Origin: Balanoglossus misakiensis
Lineage: Eukaryota > Animalia > Hemichordata
Reading direction: 5' to 3'
DNA: 64,000 bases
NCBI GenBank assembly: GCA_040954595.2
Contig: CM082584.2
Coordinates: 8,447,146 to 8,511,145, forward strand
A program made the position numbers and the translations under genes. The notes under the pieces are model-generated. The model searched no databases. It was given only the letters and a program-made list of their open reading frames with translations, and had not been told where the DNA came from. Of this stretch, positions 1 to 13,373 are shown one piece after another. Each line of letters opens with the position of its first letter. The first letter of the stretch is position 1.

Positions 1-2900
1 ACGACGACCGGCAAGTACTCTAAATCCATCCTGGAAATACTGGGTTGTCCTGTGAAGATGTAAAACAGATATCTGATGTCAACATGGTTGTTTGATATGG
101 ACCACAATGGCAGGTAACAGATGGCCTGTGCTTTAGAATACCAGTAGTACTACAACACATACATGATACATGCAGCATAAAATTGTCAATGGATTTAAAG
201 TCTTTCCTTATTCTATGGATTCTGTACGCACTTACACTATACACCCAAGCTGTACCTATTGAATGTGAAATACTCATAAATTCATAAATTCTCACTTGTT
301 CTAATGTAAGGTATGTTCAAGAGATAACCCAGTCTAAACTGTCTGACATCCATGTATTTTGCATGTGTACAAAAACAGCACTATGAATTATGATAAGGGA
401 CCTGTATTTTTTATACTAAATATAGTTGAAAATGTACCTTTGGACACCATTGTTAGAATGAGTTCAGACCATAATTCACTTCTATACTGTAAATGTATGA
501 AGTTCAAAGAACACCTTCAAAGAATACAGCCACCTCTAATTTACATACGTTCATTGCAAATTGATGTGCCCATTTTTGTGTGGCCACCCACTGAAAATCT
601 GTTATTAGCTAGATCTCAACTTTCCACGGTAACTGTGGCTAAATTTGCATAGGTGACTGTATGTGTGACAGTGTAGAGGTTTGATAGGGCAAAGTGTGTC
701 GAAATATAAGCTTTATCAAAACGAAACGCTACGTCATTGTTCATGAACATGTATTTGATTCTTCGATAATGCTGATCAGATTACAGTACATGTATATGTA
801 CAGTACCACAGAGACAAAATATAACATGGCTAGTGCAAGAAAAATGCAGACTCAGCACTTTATACCATATTTTTACACTCTATACTTAAAAAGTTACAAC
901 CTGTTTCTAGTTATTTGTGTTTAAAACTCATTCATGTACAACATGTATTTTTTTTGTTAATAATAAATCTGATTGAAATTAATATTAAAGATTGAAATAT
1001 TTTACTACAATTTACCAGTATGCCGCACACTATGATACAGGCACACTGTATATGATATGAATATCACACATCTACATGCATAGTGGAGGAATAATTTGAT
1101 AAATGGTATTTGAGCACTTCAGGTTATTAAGTGTGTATACATGTATGACTGTCATTCCACAAGTTAAACATACACTTCATATTAGAGTATCATCAATTGT
1201 GTGATATGATATAGTGAAGGAATTGTAATAGATCACCTATGTGGGAAATAGCCATCATTGGCATTCTGGGGCTTGTGTATATATTTGCCTAATTATTAGT
1301 CACTGATTGTTACTGGGTATCATCACCATCTGATTGATCAAGCGCAAACACATTTCAAGAGCAAAGGTCAAGAATCCATATGCAGAGACCATCAAAGTAC
1401 ATCTTCTGAGTCAACAAGCCACTTACATGTATAACGTATGTACTATGCACAATGCACAATTATATGAATGATTTTTACAAAAAATGTGTGGAGTGACCGG
1501 AGTTATGAGAGGGATGTGGATTCATTTATCAAGTATACATATATGTACATGTATGTTCATTTCATTGTTATGCTTGGCAGGTACCGGTAATATGCAATCA
1601 GGCACTTGCATGTAAGGTTTGAGTAATCCAATCTTGTGTTTAATTAATATACATTTTGTAAGCTGTGGGGGAAATCTACTACATATTTTATCATACATAC
1701 ATGTATGTGTGCATATACATGTACCTGTATATAATTGACTAGCCTGTTTGTAAATGAAAGTGTTTTGTTTACAAATGGTGGGGGTACTTATATTACATCT
1801 TTCATGTACACCAAGCTTTCAATAAATTTACAGCAAGGAAACGTCAGGTCATGGAGATTTAAAAAAAGTACTAATTAAAGTAAAAAGAATATGCCTTTAC
1901 TTGAACTGACTTTACACTCTCCAACAACAAACAATTCAACATTTTAATAATTTCAGTGATAATGAGTGACACAATACGTTACTACCTTACATGAATATTG
2001 AAATGAATACATTTATATCATACTAGTGAAACAGATGGCAAAATAGCCCTCTGAATTCCAAAAGCAAAATATCCAGACAAACCTGAGTGCACAATTGACA
2101 ATGTATCTACAACAATGCATCAGTGTGTAAGCTGACATACATTCATTATTCACCAACACTTCACCTATATTCCCAGTAATACAATAGACACAGTCTGTCT
2201 ACAGTCACCCACATGTGTAAGCTGCCCATTTTTAATATCTCATTTCACCCCCCCCCCCAATCAACTAACAAAGAATATGAGGGTTAACTTTCACTAAGTC
2301 AAAATACTGCTCACACTGAGAGAGTACAATAATTAGCATACAATGGCTGTGATAGAATCTATAAACATAGACAGGAACCTTGCAATACTTTACATCGTGT
2401 ATTTAATCGAGGCCGGTCACGTTTCACTTTTTTACAATTTTAATTCTGAGACAGATCAACACACAGCCAGCCTGCCCCGATGCATACAATAAACAACAAC
2501 TTGACCTTGTGGGCTTCCCCCATCCCATCCCATGATACAGAGCAGTTCAGGGAGGGGGGGGGGTGTATCCTGGCCATTGGCCCAGCTCAGGGTCAGACTG
2601 CGTAAATCCATCACTAGTTTCAAAGGTTAATTTCGCATGTAAATCATGTCTAGATTGTAATGAATTATCCAATTTATCAAAATGTACACGAAGCATTTCC
2701 CCTTACCTTTGCTTCGTTTATGATGCACGGTACTACGTCACGATATGTGCGCCACTACACGGAGTCTCCGGATATATTCGCGATTTCACAGGACCTGTAC
2801 CACAATTCGTTTCTCGAAAAAACAAAGCGCCTTTCACCAATTTCCAGATTTAACCAAAAAACGAGAAAGCAGAGGCGACGCCTCACCAGAGTCCTTGCAA
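1..2900 (-). CDS. 5' end of a gene divergent from ALG14 that runs off the left edge (candidate TLCD4/TMEM56-like; identity unproven)
   Basis: Minus-strand donor AAG|GTAAG at 2707/2706 and acceptor gtatttccag|G at 31/30, followed immediately by ATG at 29..27 reading MDLEYLPVV to the window edge. This fits a non-coding exon 1, a 2.7 kb intron and a first coding exon. The 5' limit (about 2900) is approximate. Confidence 0.4.
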
Positions 2901-3265
2901 ATATGAAATCGTTTCTGTGAAGACACGTAGGTAAACAATCCCGAAAGAGAATCAAAGACCAGCTGTCCGATCAACCCTTGTATCGTATGCACTTGTCAAC
3001 AAACTATAAATACTCTGAAGGCCACCTATCCTTGTGTTTTTATTTATCGACGCGAATCTAAGCACAGTCGAAGAGAATGCGTTGCAGATTTTTGCGAAAA
3101 TTGAAAGTAGTACTGGTAGAGATTCATATCCCGACAGTTGAATTAAATTATGTTAATCAGAGAGATAGCAAGTTTAGGCACTCTTTATTTGTTAAACTTA
3201 AATACAAACAAAGTAGTTTTGGAGCTCGGCCTAGGAGGCTCTTTTGGGGTCAAAGGGTGGCCAAA

Positions 3266-4666
3266 ATGGCGACGGAGCAAGGCCAGATGGCGATTCGTTG
3301 GGATTTTCTTCTCTTTACCGCGATCTTTGTGTGTTTCTTATTAGTCATACGCCTGTACCGTATCATGAAAAATTTAGGCAATTACGCGATACCCAGCGGT
3401 GGACGAAAAGAGGCTGTGAAAACAATGCTGATCATCGGTTCAGGTAAAAAAAATCACGTGTCGCACACATGGTACAGGTACATGTCATGTATGTATCACA
3501 AAGTAGCAAGGAACACGTATGTATATGTACACACTGTTTACTGCTCTGACCCTAGGTTTGAACCTAAGCATACACCACAGCAAACATTTACCGCCCCTAT
3601 TGTTCAACTGTAAAATGAAGGTTACACAGCTAGCACCAGAGTACCCACACACAACCACATCGTTCAGTCTACCCCCCCCCCCCCCCCCATTGCTAATTGC
3701 CTTTAATTTTAAATCTTTGTTGTCTGCTGTTTTGTGCAGGTGGCCACACCACTGAAATGCTGAGGCTGAGGGGTGGCCTAACTGAAATGTATACGCCGAT
3801 GACTTACGTCATTGCTGATACAGATAAAATGAGTGAAGAGAAAGTGAGGAGATTGGAAAGTGAGAAGAAACACCAGCAGGGTAAACAGGTAATGATTTAG
3901 TCTGCCAATAAACCAGGAATGATTTAGTCTGCCCATAAAACCGGAAGTTCAAATTCAGAGCAGGCAACCAAACCAGTGTTTGTCCAAGGGCAGAGCCCCA
4001 TAGTTTGGACATGATACTTTTCTTTTCAAGTTAAATATGTTTCTTTTTCTTTGCAACAGTACACAATTAAAAGAATTCCTCGGAGCCGTGAAGTCCACCA
4101 GTCGTGGATCACAACTGTATTTTCAACCATCAAAGCCACGCTGTACGCATTTCCATTGGTCTTCAGGACATCACCTGATCTGGTAAGATTGGTCAATCAC
4201 AATGCCATGTTGTTGAGAACACACAACAGTCTTGTTAAGTCAAACATGCCTTCATCTTAAAACTGTCAATTTGTATCTCTTCAGGTCTTGTGCAATGGAC
4301 CTGGTACCTGCATTCCACTTTGTGCAGCAGCATTTACAATGACAGTAAGTCGTTTTTGGAATTGTAACCCCCTCTACATGTTAACGGGGAAATTTTTTGA
4401 CTTTTTTTCTCTCTTCACCAAGTTGGCAGCCATTTTGAATTTGAACTGTTAAATTTAAAACCATTGATTACAGCATATTTTACTTCTCTTCACAGTTTCT
4501 TGGTTTGAAGAAAGTCTACCTCATATACGTGGAAAGTTTCTGCAGGGTTGACACCATGTCACTGTCCGGCAAAATATTGTATCACTTGGCAGACAAGATG
4601 TTCGTCCAGTGGCCAGAGCTTCACCAGGCATATCCAAAAACAACGTACATCGGTAGAATAGTCTAG
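3266..4666 (+). CDS. ALG14: UDP-N-acetylglucosamine transferase subunit ALG14
   Basis: Exons 3266-3443, 3740-3888, 4060-4182, 4285-4344, 4496-4666, all GT-AG and in phase. N-terminal TM segment, then ALG14 motifs GSGGHTTEM, IPRSREVHQSW, LCNGPGTCIP, YVESFCRV..SLSGKIL and FVQWPEL. Confidence 0.96.
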
Positions 4667-5868
4667 CACAGCCACCATTGATTCCTGTGACCTTTGACCC
4701 AGGACACCTTACGCAATGCCCGCATACTTGCTTGGCGATTTTATTTCAACTCGATAGCCTTGATTGCAGGTGATTTCTCCATAGTTTCCACTGATTTTGG
4801 GAAACCAACGGGAAAATTGTGAAAAATTGCAGAACAAGACACACTGAAAGATTATGAATCTTACAGTTTGAGAAATAAAGGGGCACTCTAAAATAAAATT
4901 AAACAAAAGTGCCAATGATTGATGCCACCACATTAAGAATAGCAAGACAAAAGAATGTAGTCAATGCTATATTTTTTACAGAGTTTTTAAAAAAATCCTC
5001 AAACAATAAAGCTTATACAGTGATGTAAACTTTCAATACTTCATTTATTTTCCAGAATTTCGAAGAATGTCTCAATGTACAATAAAATCAGAGATGTTTA
5101 CAATATTGAAATGTCGTCTATGTACATGTGCAAATTCAAAAGATTGCTGAAACTTTATGTCCCATCAAACTGACTGAACATAACTTAACATGAAGCTCGA
5201 ACAAAATCTGAAAGCGTTTTCGTTTTTTTTTTTTTTTTTTGTCAAAAATGCCATAGAAGCTTTTAAACATGAAATGTCGGTCACACAATTGCAAGTTTTC
5301 TGATTTCAATCAACATTTTAAAAGATTCCCAAGCTTTGCTAATGCACAACAGGTACAGAAACGCAACATTGCTACATGCGGGTAGGTACACACTGAGAAT
5401 GAGAAAATTGCCAGAAGGCCTTTTTTAAAGTGCACGACAGATTCCGGCCAGTTTACGCCTTCTTTACTTGTCAGTGAAATCATGCCATCTTTGACGTCCA
5501 TTCTCTTTGTCGAGTACAAAGCACCTTGGTGCTTGTACTGGCACAGTTAAATTGGTGAATTCCACTCATCAGACAAGTGTGTGTGAAACAGACAGTTCAG
5601 CACAACAGTAGACCTCTTAAGAACGCACGCATTCAATATATTAACCTAGACACCAAAACTAGTGTAGAAGATTTAAATATTTTTAAAAATTACACAGTGT
5701 AATTATTTTGCGGGATATTCAGCCTTCTAGATACACGAAGTATATGGTATACAACCATGATTTTTTGAATATTTACACCGAACTTTCCTCGAGTTGCTCA
5801 AGAAGATTTGCCTTTCTCCCCAAGCCACTTCATTACTGATCTATGACCATGACAGAAGACTGTCTTAA

Positions 5869-6005
5869 AGGTGCCAGTACAAGTCACTGCAATTCAGCCA
5901 GAGATACCATGGAAATAAGATCTAGCCAATCACACATTTTCACTTGGGTGGCCATGCAAAAATACTGTTCCACAAATGGGTCATCAGACAACGCAGACAC
6001 ACCCT
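5869..6005. mobile_element. Degenerate TTAA-flanked non-autonomous DNA element (Kolobok-like), same family as 28734-28919
   Basis: ttaa|aggtg...accct|ttaa. The internal ccatgg..aaat..agatctagccaatcaca..tttca..tgggtggc motif is shared with 28771-28820. Confidence 0.5.
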
Positions 6006-6049
6006 TTAAACCATGTATGGGTAAATCGTGGTGATTGTATTCCTTTAAA

Positions 6050-6134
6050 CCCTTTCACCCCCAGTTCCTTCTTCAGAGGTCCAACCGCACCACAGAAAAC
6101 AACGGGTTTGGACCGAACCATGGTGGTGAAAGGG
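6050..6134. mobile_element. Short piggyBac-like MITE
   Basis: Inverted ends ccctttcacc...ggtgaaaggg, flanked by TTAA on the right and TAAA on the left. CCC termini and TTAA targets are typical of piggyBac. Confidence 0.5.
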
Positions 6135-6224
6135 TTAAGCCTGGTTACCCGTGTAGTCTTTATCACGTGTCAAACACAAGCTGTACATCAAAAGCCAGGC
6201 CTGGGGAGAACCAGGAGGAAGGTC

Positions 6225-9219
6225 TCAGAGAAAGACAAATTCCTCCGGCTGTGAAATCGTTCTGCCCTCTGCGTCCACACGGCGCACACGCAGCAATCTG
6301 TCCGGCGTGTTGCGATGCGACGCGGGCAGCTCGTTCTCCTCGCTGCGACCCTCGCTGAAGATGAACATGGGGTAGTCCCCCGCGTGCTTCGTCAAGTCAA
6401 GAATCTGTGTGCGGAGAGTAAGAGAGAGAGAGAGAGTTTGGTTTACAGTTATATTGTGCATGAATGGACCACGATCAGTAATAGGTTGTGGTTGTTTGTT
6501 TGAAGAGGTAGGAATTTCATCAGCTACATGTATGGCTGAATTTTTTTTTTAACAGCGCCCTCTTTGTTGTATCGGTGTATAGGTGTGGGGGAAAAAACGT
6601 ACTGTGAATGAACACGTTGGAGGAAAGGGCTACATCAAATAAAACATACCTCTTGTGTGTGTTTGCAGAACTGGGTGAAGTCATCCTGTGTTTTGCAGTA
6701 GAAGCCAATTGTACAGCTGGGATCCATCTTCTGGAAAGACATCTTTCTCGGCGACATACAATGAAACGACTGAATGAAACAAAAGGACATAGTTAACCGA
6801 AATGCAGTACCAACCCTGCCAGAAAAATTCCCGAATTTTCACCAAATATTAATGTACATCTATGTCATACATGCCCACTTCATCCATAAAAATCTGTTAG
6901 TCATTTACCTGTAGAGGGAAATCTCTCACTTGCATATCAACGACATCTTGACAAAGATGTGGATCTAAATGAATTAATTTATCCTCTGGAAAGAAAAAAA
7001 ACACACATTTCATCACAATGAGTCACTCCATGTTACTGAGCTACACTGGTAGAAAAGTAATTTAAAAGAAACAAAATCATACAAGTTAAACAAAATACAG
7101 ACAGAGACGTATTCCTCTGTGCAATGTATATGAGTGTTACACTTGTACAAAATCCATAAATGAGATCACAGCAAATACACATAGCTTGTCGAACTCACCC
7201 TGAAACCCGATGAAATACATCGAGTGCTTCGGTTTGCCACCGATGATTCCCACGCAATTCTGAAGTGTAAATAAGGATTTGAGGCACGGGATGTAGACCG
7301 GGTTGAGCTCCTCGCCACCCAGTCGCACCGGCACCAGAATGATGACCGAACACCACTGCTGGCTGCTGCTTGAGTCCGTGACGTGGGTGCGCTGGTTCCG
7401 ACATAAATGGATCACGTCTTGTTTGTATACTGCAAATGAAGGTGATGAAACTCAGGAGTGATTTTGTTCATCAAAGAATTCAGTAACAGATTGCCAGATT
7501 CGAGTCAATGCATACTGCCTGTTGGGTTGGTGGAATAGCACAATCTCACAGATGCTTAAACACATACACATGACAGGGAACAGCAAACAGGCATGCAGAA
7601 ATGAACAGACAAACAGACAGACACTTCTCACTCTACCTGTACAATCTTGAGCAATGTAAACACAGAGTTGACTTAATAAGGGGTCGTATCCCGGAGCAAT
7701 GTCCATTGCCTTCCTGAAAATACAAACAGCAACAATTTTCGTATTGTAAATTTGGTTTAGCACACCAATACTTCAACTTGACGTGGGGCAACTTGTTCAC
7801 CTGACAGGCTGGGTGAAGGAGATGGAATGATACAAATATGGGTCTGAGAGAACAAGTACAGGGTCATGATCCGTTCAAAAACAAAACGGCATAATTCCAG
7901 AAGAAGAGCCACAGCAAAATTACTCCCCACACGGTGTAGGTCAGTGTTCTTCATATACATCATGTATGTTTTCATGATTACGTGGCTTGACCTGCTTGTG
8001 TGACCCCGACACAGCCACTCACTTGAGTAAAAAGGCCACCGATGCCGGTCCATACCAGTCTCCGGCCTTCTTGCCGGCCTGGTGGCCGAGACTCACAAGT
8101 TTGTGCACGGAGAAGGGACTCTGCTCGCTGGGTTCATCTCCGAACCACTTGACAATCTTTCGGTGGTAGGCTTCTTGCTCTTTCGACTGTTCATTGTAAA
8201 TGCACCAGTCTGCAAGACACCAAAAAAACATCACACAGTGACAGTTACAGTGGCACGCGAATCAAGGTATGTGATAATAGTTCATCACGAACTGGTCTAT
8301 GTACTTCATTTGCTGTAACTTTTGGCTTTATTCAGCAACACTACCGACAACATGATTCACGTTTCTGACTCACCTCTGCCGAGAAAATGATTGACAAAGC
8401 ACTGTGCCATCAGCATCTGCCCACTCCGCAGCATGCAGCCCCAGCCGCAGTCGGAAGTGAAGTTGGAGCCGGCCAGCTGCGGGAACTCCCGGCGGTAGGT
8501 CAGCCAGATGCGGGACGTGAAATCTCTCTTGAACATTTCCATCGGAGTCAGGTGGCCGTCCTCAGCCGATTGCTCAGATTCCGGGGGATCTGGGTGAGGG
8601 GAAAATTTCTGTGATATTAAACACACTTTTATCACCGTGACTTGGAGTGGTCCCATTTGTTTATCAGTGGTGTGGCTGGACTTCCTAATGCAGAAATGGA
8701 GCTGGAAGGGCTCACTTTATTGTGTAAAATTCAAGTACTACCATACACTCACGCTCATTTCACCAACCCTAGTTTTTTTCCCCAAATGGATCCAACTACA
8801 GGTGGTTGCTCATGTGCCATCCCCTTTTAATTCCCACTGAGAAATGGCTGCATACAGATTTTTGCCAGGTCAACTTACCATCTGGCCTGTGATGGTAACA
8901 GTCACCCAGCATCCATATAGGAGTCTGATAGCTGAAATTGGACTGAGTTTTAAACCAACCTGTGGAGGAGACATCAAACACCGATTGGACATGTTCAAAA
9001 ACTCCTCGCTCTTATCCAATCAAATCACACGTAAAATAGCAATTGTATATAAATTAGCACGAAATGTTGCATGTTCATAGACCGTGGGGGTCAGTGATTG
9101 CAGGTAGTTGTTCGCTTACCATATTTCACGTTATTCCACACGGACATAATTTTCGTCTTCACCTTCTCGGCCTGATCTGTCCCGCCACTATCACTGTCAC
9201 TGTTCATTGAGGTAGCCAT
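6225..9219 (-). CDS. ATG4D: Cysteine protease ATG4 (ATG4C/ATG4D clade)
   Basis: Exons 9219-9120, 8959-8879, 8589-8374, 8209-8023, 7713-7637, 7429-7199, 6985-6909, 6769-6650, 6404-6225. N-terminus [17 protein letters not shown] typical of C/D. Catalytic Cys in [14 protein letters not shown], plus [16 protein letters not shown], catalytic Asp/His in LDPH, and C-terminal LIR-like EEFVFL. Likely co-ortholog of ATG4C and ATG4D. Confidence 0.95.
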
Positions 9220-10340
9220 TTTTAGAATTCACGTGTACAACATAACAGTCATCAAGGTCTCGTGACAGATTTAACATCGAGCCGAGGTCACAGTCAGTTC
9301 TTTTTGGGTACACTCACTTCCGGGAATGCACAGCTCACGATGGACACCGGTGCTACATGCCACAATCGGCCGGCCGGCGCAGTTCGGCTGTTGAGACACC
9401 ACCCCTGACACTCCCCGAGTCGGATGGCTTGCGAGGTCTGCTTAAAAATGCAGTCACCAAAACAAGTGGAAACGTCTACCTGTTGTGTTCATCCTTCATG
9501 TGCGGCGGCTGTGGTACAGGCTTCACCATGTATTGTACTGTACTGGGAATGTGACAGATTCCAGGAACATAAAGACCAGACTTTTCTTGGAGCTTCTCTC
9601 TCAGGAAAACGTTAATTTTTGAAGTAAGGAGAATCGAACCAGTTGTATCACAAAGTTGTGATTTATAAAATATTTTCAAGGCCGGAACCAACACGTTCGA
9701 GCCATCATCATCGTGCAGAACCGAACATGACCCTGATCAGGAGATATCCGCCATGTTGAAACTGACCCCTTAAGCAGGTGCGATTAGCACGAGCCCTTTA
9801 GGTTACAAACAAAAAGAGCATAGATTTTCTTATAGGCCTACCCCAGCTGCAGACTCGCGTGATAAATTTATTGTTAACTCGGATTATTATAATAATTGTA
9901 ACTCCCATATTCGCCTGGATGCATAGCAGGTTTTAATCCTATGAATTTGAAATATTTTTTATCTTGCTTTCGGTTTTGGTTTGAGTCCAGTTTCAGTCGC
10001 TCGTTTTGTTTCCTGTAACTGAAGCGCAGTCGCTTATGTGTGACTCCAATGCAATACCAGTTTTAAGAAAACACACCCTTTATTGGTAAAAAAAATGGAA
10101 TAAAAATACCAGGTTTGTATACACATTAAGGTAGAGAGTGATAAAGATATAGGCTTTTTTCAAAACCTTACAACACAAAAATTAATACAACGTTTTACAA
10201 TTAACAGCTTGGTTCACACATCACACAAAAGAATATTTTAGAAATCCACAGCCTAATATAATATGCAATAGATGTTCAGACGATGAAATAGTCACGTAGC
10301 ACACTTTACGCAGTAGGCCTACAGCAGTTTTGAACCCTCC

Positions 10341-12266
10341 TCAGGCTTCGGACGGAGACTTGAAACACATCCTGTCAACCTGCCGACCTATCGTAGGTGG
10401 CACAGTTTCCTCCACCGCTTTCCTGACGCCCTGCATCTGGAATTCGGCATTGTGATGCGCGCGCGGGTCCAGCGCGATGGGCTCGACGTTGGTAACAAGA
10501 GCAGAATTGGCGAGGGCAACTGATTTGCGCTTTCTTTGGTAAAATGCCAAGATGCCCAGGAGAGCAGCCAGGAAGGCGACAACAAACACTATCCCGATTG
10601 TCAACTTGACTCCTCGACTCATGTCGCCTGAAACTGTGAAAAAAGGAGACACGTGACCATAAACAAGATGGAAGCAAACAAAAGTTTGTACAACAGTAGA
10701 TCTGCAACTATTGGATGTTAACGATGACACCTACCAGATTCCATTTCAGGACATTTGTATCTGTCGATTTCGAACTCGTGGTCATAAAGTAACCCCATTG
10801 GCTGGCTGTATATGTGGTAGTCCACCTGTGAATAAAGTTAATGGATCATGCAAAAAAAAGGTTCTTATTTCAACTCACAAAATCCCATAAAACACGACAA
10901 GCATACGCGCGCACACACACGCGCACACACGATTTCCACGTTCTGTCTATACCTGGACTCTGACTCCATGCAATGTTTCATGTCGGACAAACACGTGTAT
11001 TCTTAGTCCAATCCATCTGTCGATATCAAGTTCCTGTTCGCCTTCTCCGAATACATGTTGATGACTAACTTCAAGTCGAGGGACCTGAAAGGAAAGTGAA
11101 GAATTCTTCACTTAAGGAGAGAAATACTACAGCCAATATTTAAATGGACAGTTGTCGAACTTTTCACGAAAACAATATGGCGTGAACGAAGTATGCCACC
11201 TACCATGACATCAATCCACGCCGTAGGGGGCGTCTTGCATCTATCTACATAGGTGTGCGTATTCACGTGGTAACCATGGAAACTAGAATTACACGTAGCG
11301 AAGGATCCATCAAACTCGCAGCTGTTTTCAGGGCTGGCCGAGCCTGGAAACAGAAAATGGGAAAGGAAAATCGCACAGTCGTATCAGTTGAAATCTTGAA
11401 CCTTTGTGCTACCGAGGTGAAATAAAATGTGAACAAAGGGGATTGTCCGAAGTTCATTAAACAGCGATAATGATGGGGTATATAGTTATCGATTATTCAA
11501 AACCATGGTGGGTATAGATTTATTGTTTGTTGCGATGCTGGGCTAGTAATCCGGTATGCCCTTTGACAATGAACTAGAAAATACAGAGTTTATAGACGTC
11601 TGTTACAATAGCCACGTCGATTGGCATGTTTATTCTCTGGGCTATCTACATGTCACAAACATCTCACACAATGTTTACTTATAACCACATTCATTCTCCT
11701 ACCTTTAACTAATGCTATATTCTGTGTTAGTACAGTATCAATCTTACGTGTATTATACTTGAATTTCTAAGCTCGTCTTGTTATTTTGTCGCGCTTATCT
11801 GGATTGTCGTAAAATGCTGTGGCTTTTATAGAGGCGAATCGCATCGCATTGGTCTTTTGTTTGTTTGAAACGTCCATGCCACTGTGTATGCACTGAAGTG
11901 TCTGTGATACCAGTGCGTTACCTGTAGCTCCAGGCCATACAGACATCGTGTAATGTTATGTAGGCCTATTACATTTCAGCGTTAAGAGGACAGGCACAAT
12001 ATTTTTTTACCCGTGGAGGTGCAAAAATGCATTTGGTTGATCAAAATTTGATGATCTGTGAGAAGGTTAAACATTCACAACCACGGTGTTGAACCCGCAA
12101 TCGACCGTTACCACGACCCCGCGAAATTTTGAACGAAACCGCGGCGTGTCAATCAGACCAAATATCATATGCGTTTGCATCATTCATACGTACCGGGCGA
12201 GACGTCTTTGCCTTCGACGACCATGGTCGCCAGTAACAGAATTGGCCCCAGCACCATCGCTGTCAT
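10341..12266 (-). CDS. Orphan single-pass type I membrane protein (~220 aa)
   Basis: Exons 12266-12194 (signal peptide MTAMVLGPILLLATMVVEG), 11343-11267, 11084-10953, 10825-10735, 10627-10341; all phases match. About 105-aa ectodomain with 3 Cys, TM LTIGIVFVVAFLAALLGILAFY, stop-transfer QRKRK, and a tail of about 65 aa. An in-frame ATG at 12320 is an alternative start. Confidence 0.75.
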
Positions 12267-13373
12267 CTTCGACGAGGAATTTGAAGAGCGACAAGACAAG
12301 ACTACGGCGACGTTTTGCATTCAACGGTGCACAGTTAAATGAATGACTTGTTTCGAGGATTGTTTACTGTGCCGGGTAGGATCAATAGGGTCCCTTCGAT
12401 CGATCGCTTTAGGTCTCACAATAACCGGCCTTGTCCGACAGTGCGTTTGCATTGCCCGCGGTGGTAGAACACGTGTTACTCCTTAAACCACCAAAGAAGT
12501 GATCAACGTTTTCGTTTACAGTCTTAGGCTATGTCAAGATGCACCGGTTAAAGTTCTCTATGAAGGGGGTGACGGGTCGCGCTATAGCTTTACATAGGCC
12601 GTCACACGGTGGGTCGGTAAAATTTGATATGCATAACCTCGCTTCTAGACGACCGATCGAGTGAAAGCCCGCAACCCCGACGGTAAAAGTGGTTGCACAA
12701 CCCAATTCTTTATATCGATGCGCCCGTACCCATAGGGCTGAATGCAGCGACATGAATAGTCCGCTGTCTCGGTTTAAAGTGTTACGTATACTTGTCGACA
12801 TAGAAATAAAAAAAACGTCTCTCGAAAGTGACGGTACCGGCTTAACAAAAACGCAGCAACATGTTAAGACGTATCTTAAAGGGATACCGTCTTGAGCTAT
12901 TACCGCTGGTCGGGAAACCATTGGTGAAAAAATGCTGACTCGGCATCTGTTTAATTATCGACTAAATTCTCGGCCCTGTATTTAAAAAACAAGCACCGTA
13001 TTTTATAATACGGATTTTTATTAAACATACAAAGGAGAATCCAAAAACCCAGAATTACAAGAATTGTCAATATTTTCAATTTTATCCTAGAAGGGAAAAA
13101 TCGCAAAGGTCATTTTTAAATAGCATAAATTATTGCTTTTGATAGGGGTTTTATGTGTTGTTCTGCTCACTGAAGCGTGGTTCCAAATTCGGCGCAAATG
13201 CTGGCATGCGACAAATGGTAACATAATCATGATGTAACACCAACGGGTTCCCTTATTTCCGTGCTTTCGGAAAATAGACATCAGAAAGGTCTTGACAAAA
13301 TTAGCTTGAATGTGTATGTGTTCAAAGTTGACGTTCGATTGACGAATGGAAATTGTCTGGCACGGGACCACCT

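Noticed and set aside
700-2500. Frequent TACATGTA/ACATGT palindromes
   Set aside because: Irregularly spaced, low-complexity and scattered through the whole window; this is background composition, not an array.
12555-12900. GC-richer segment with ttaaag-type ends between the receptor and TRAF genes
   Set aside because: Probably a repeat fragment, but matching TIRs/TSD could not be established.
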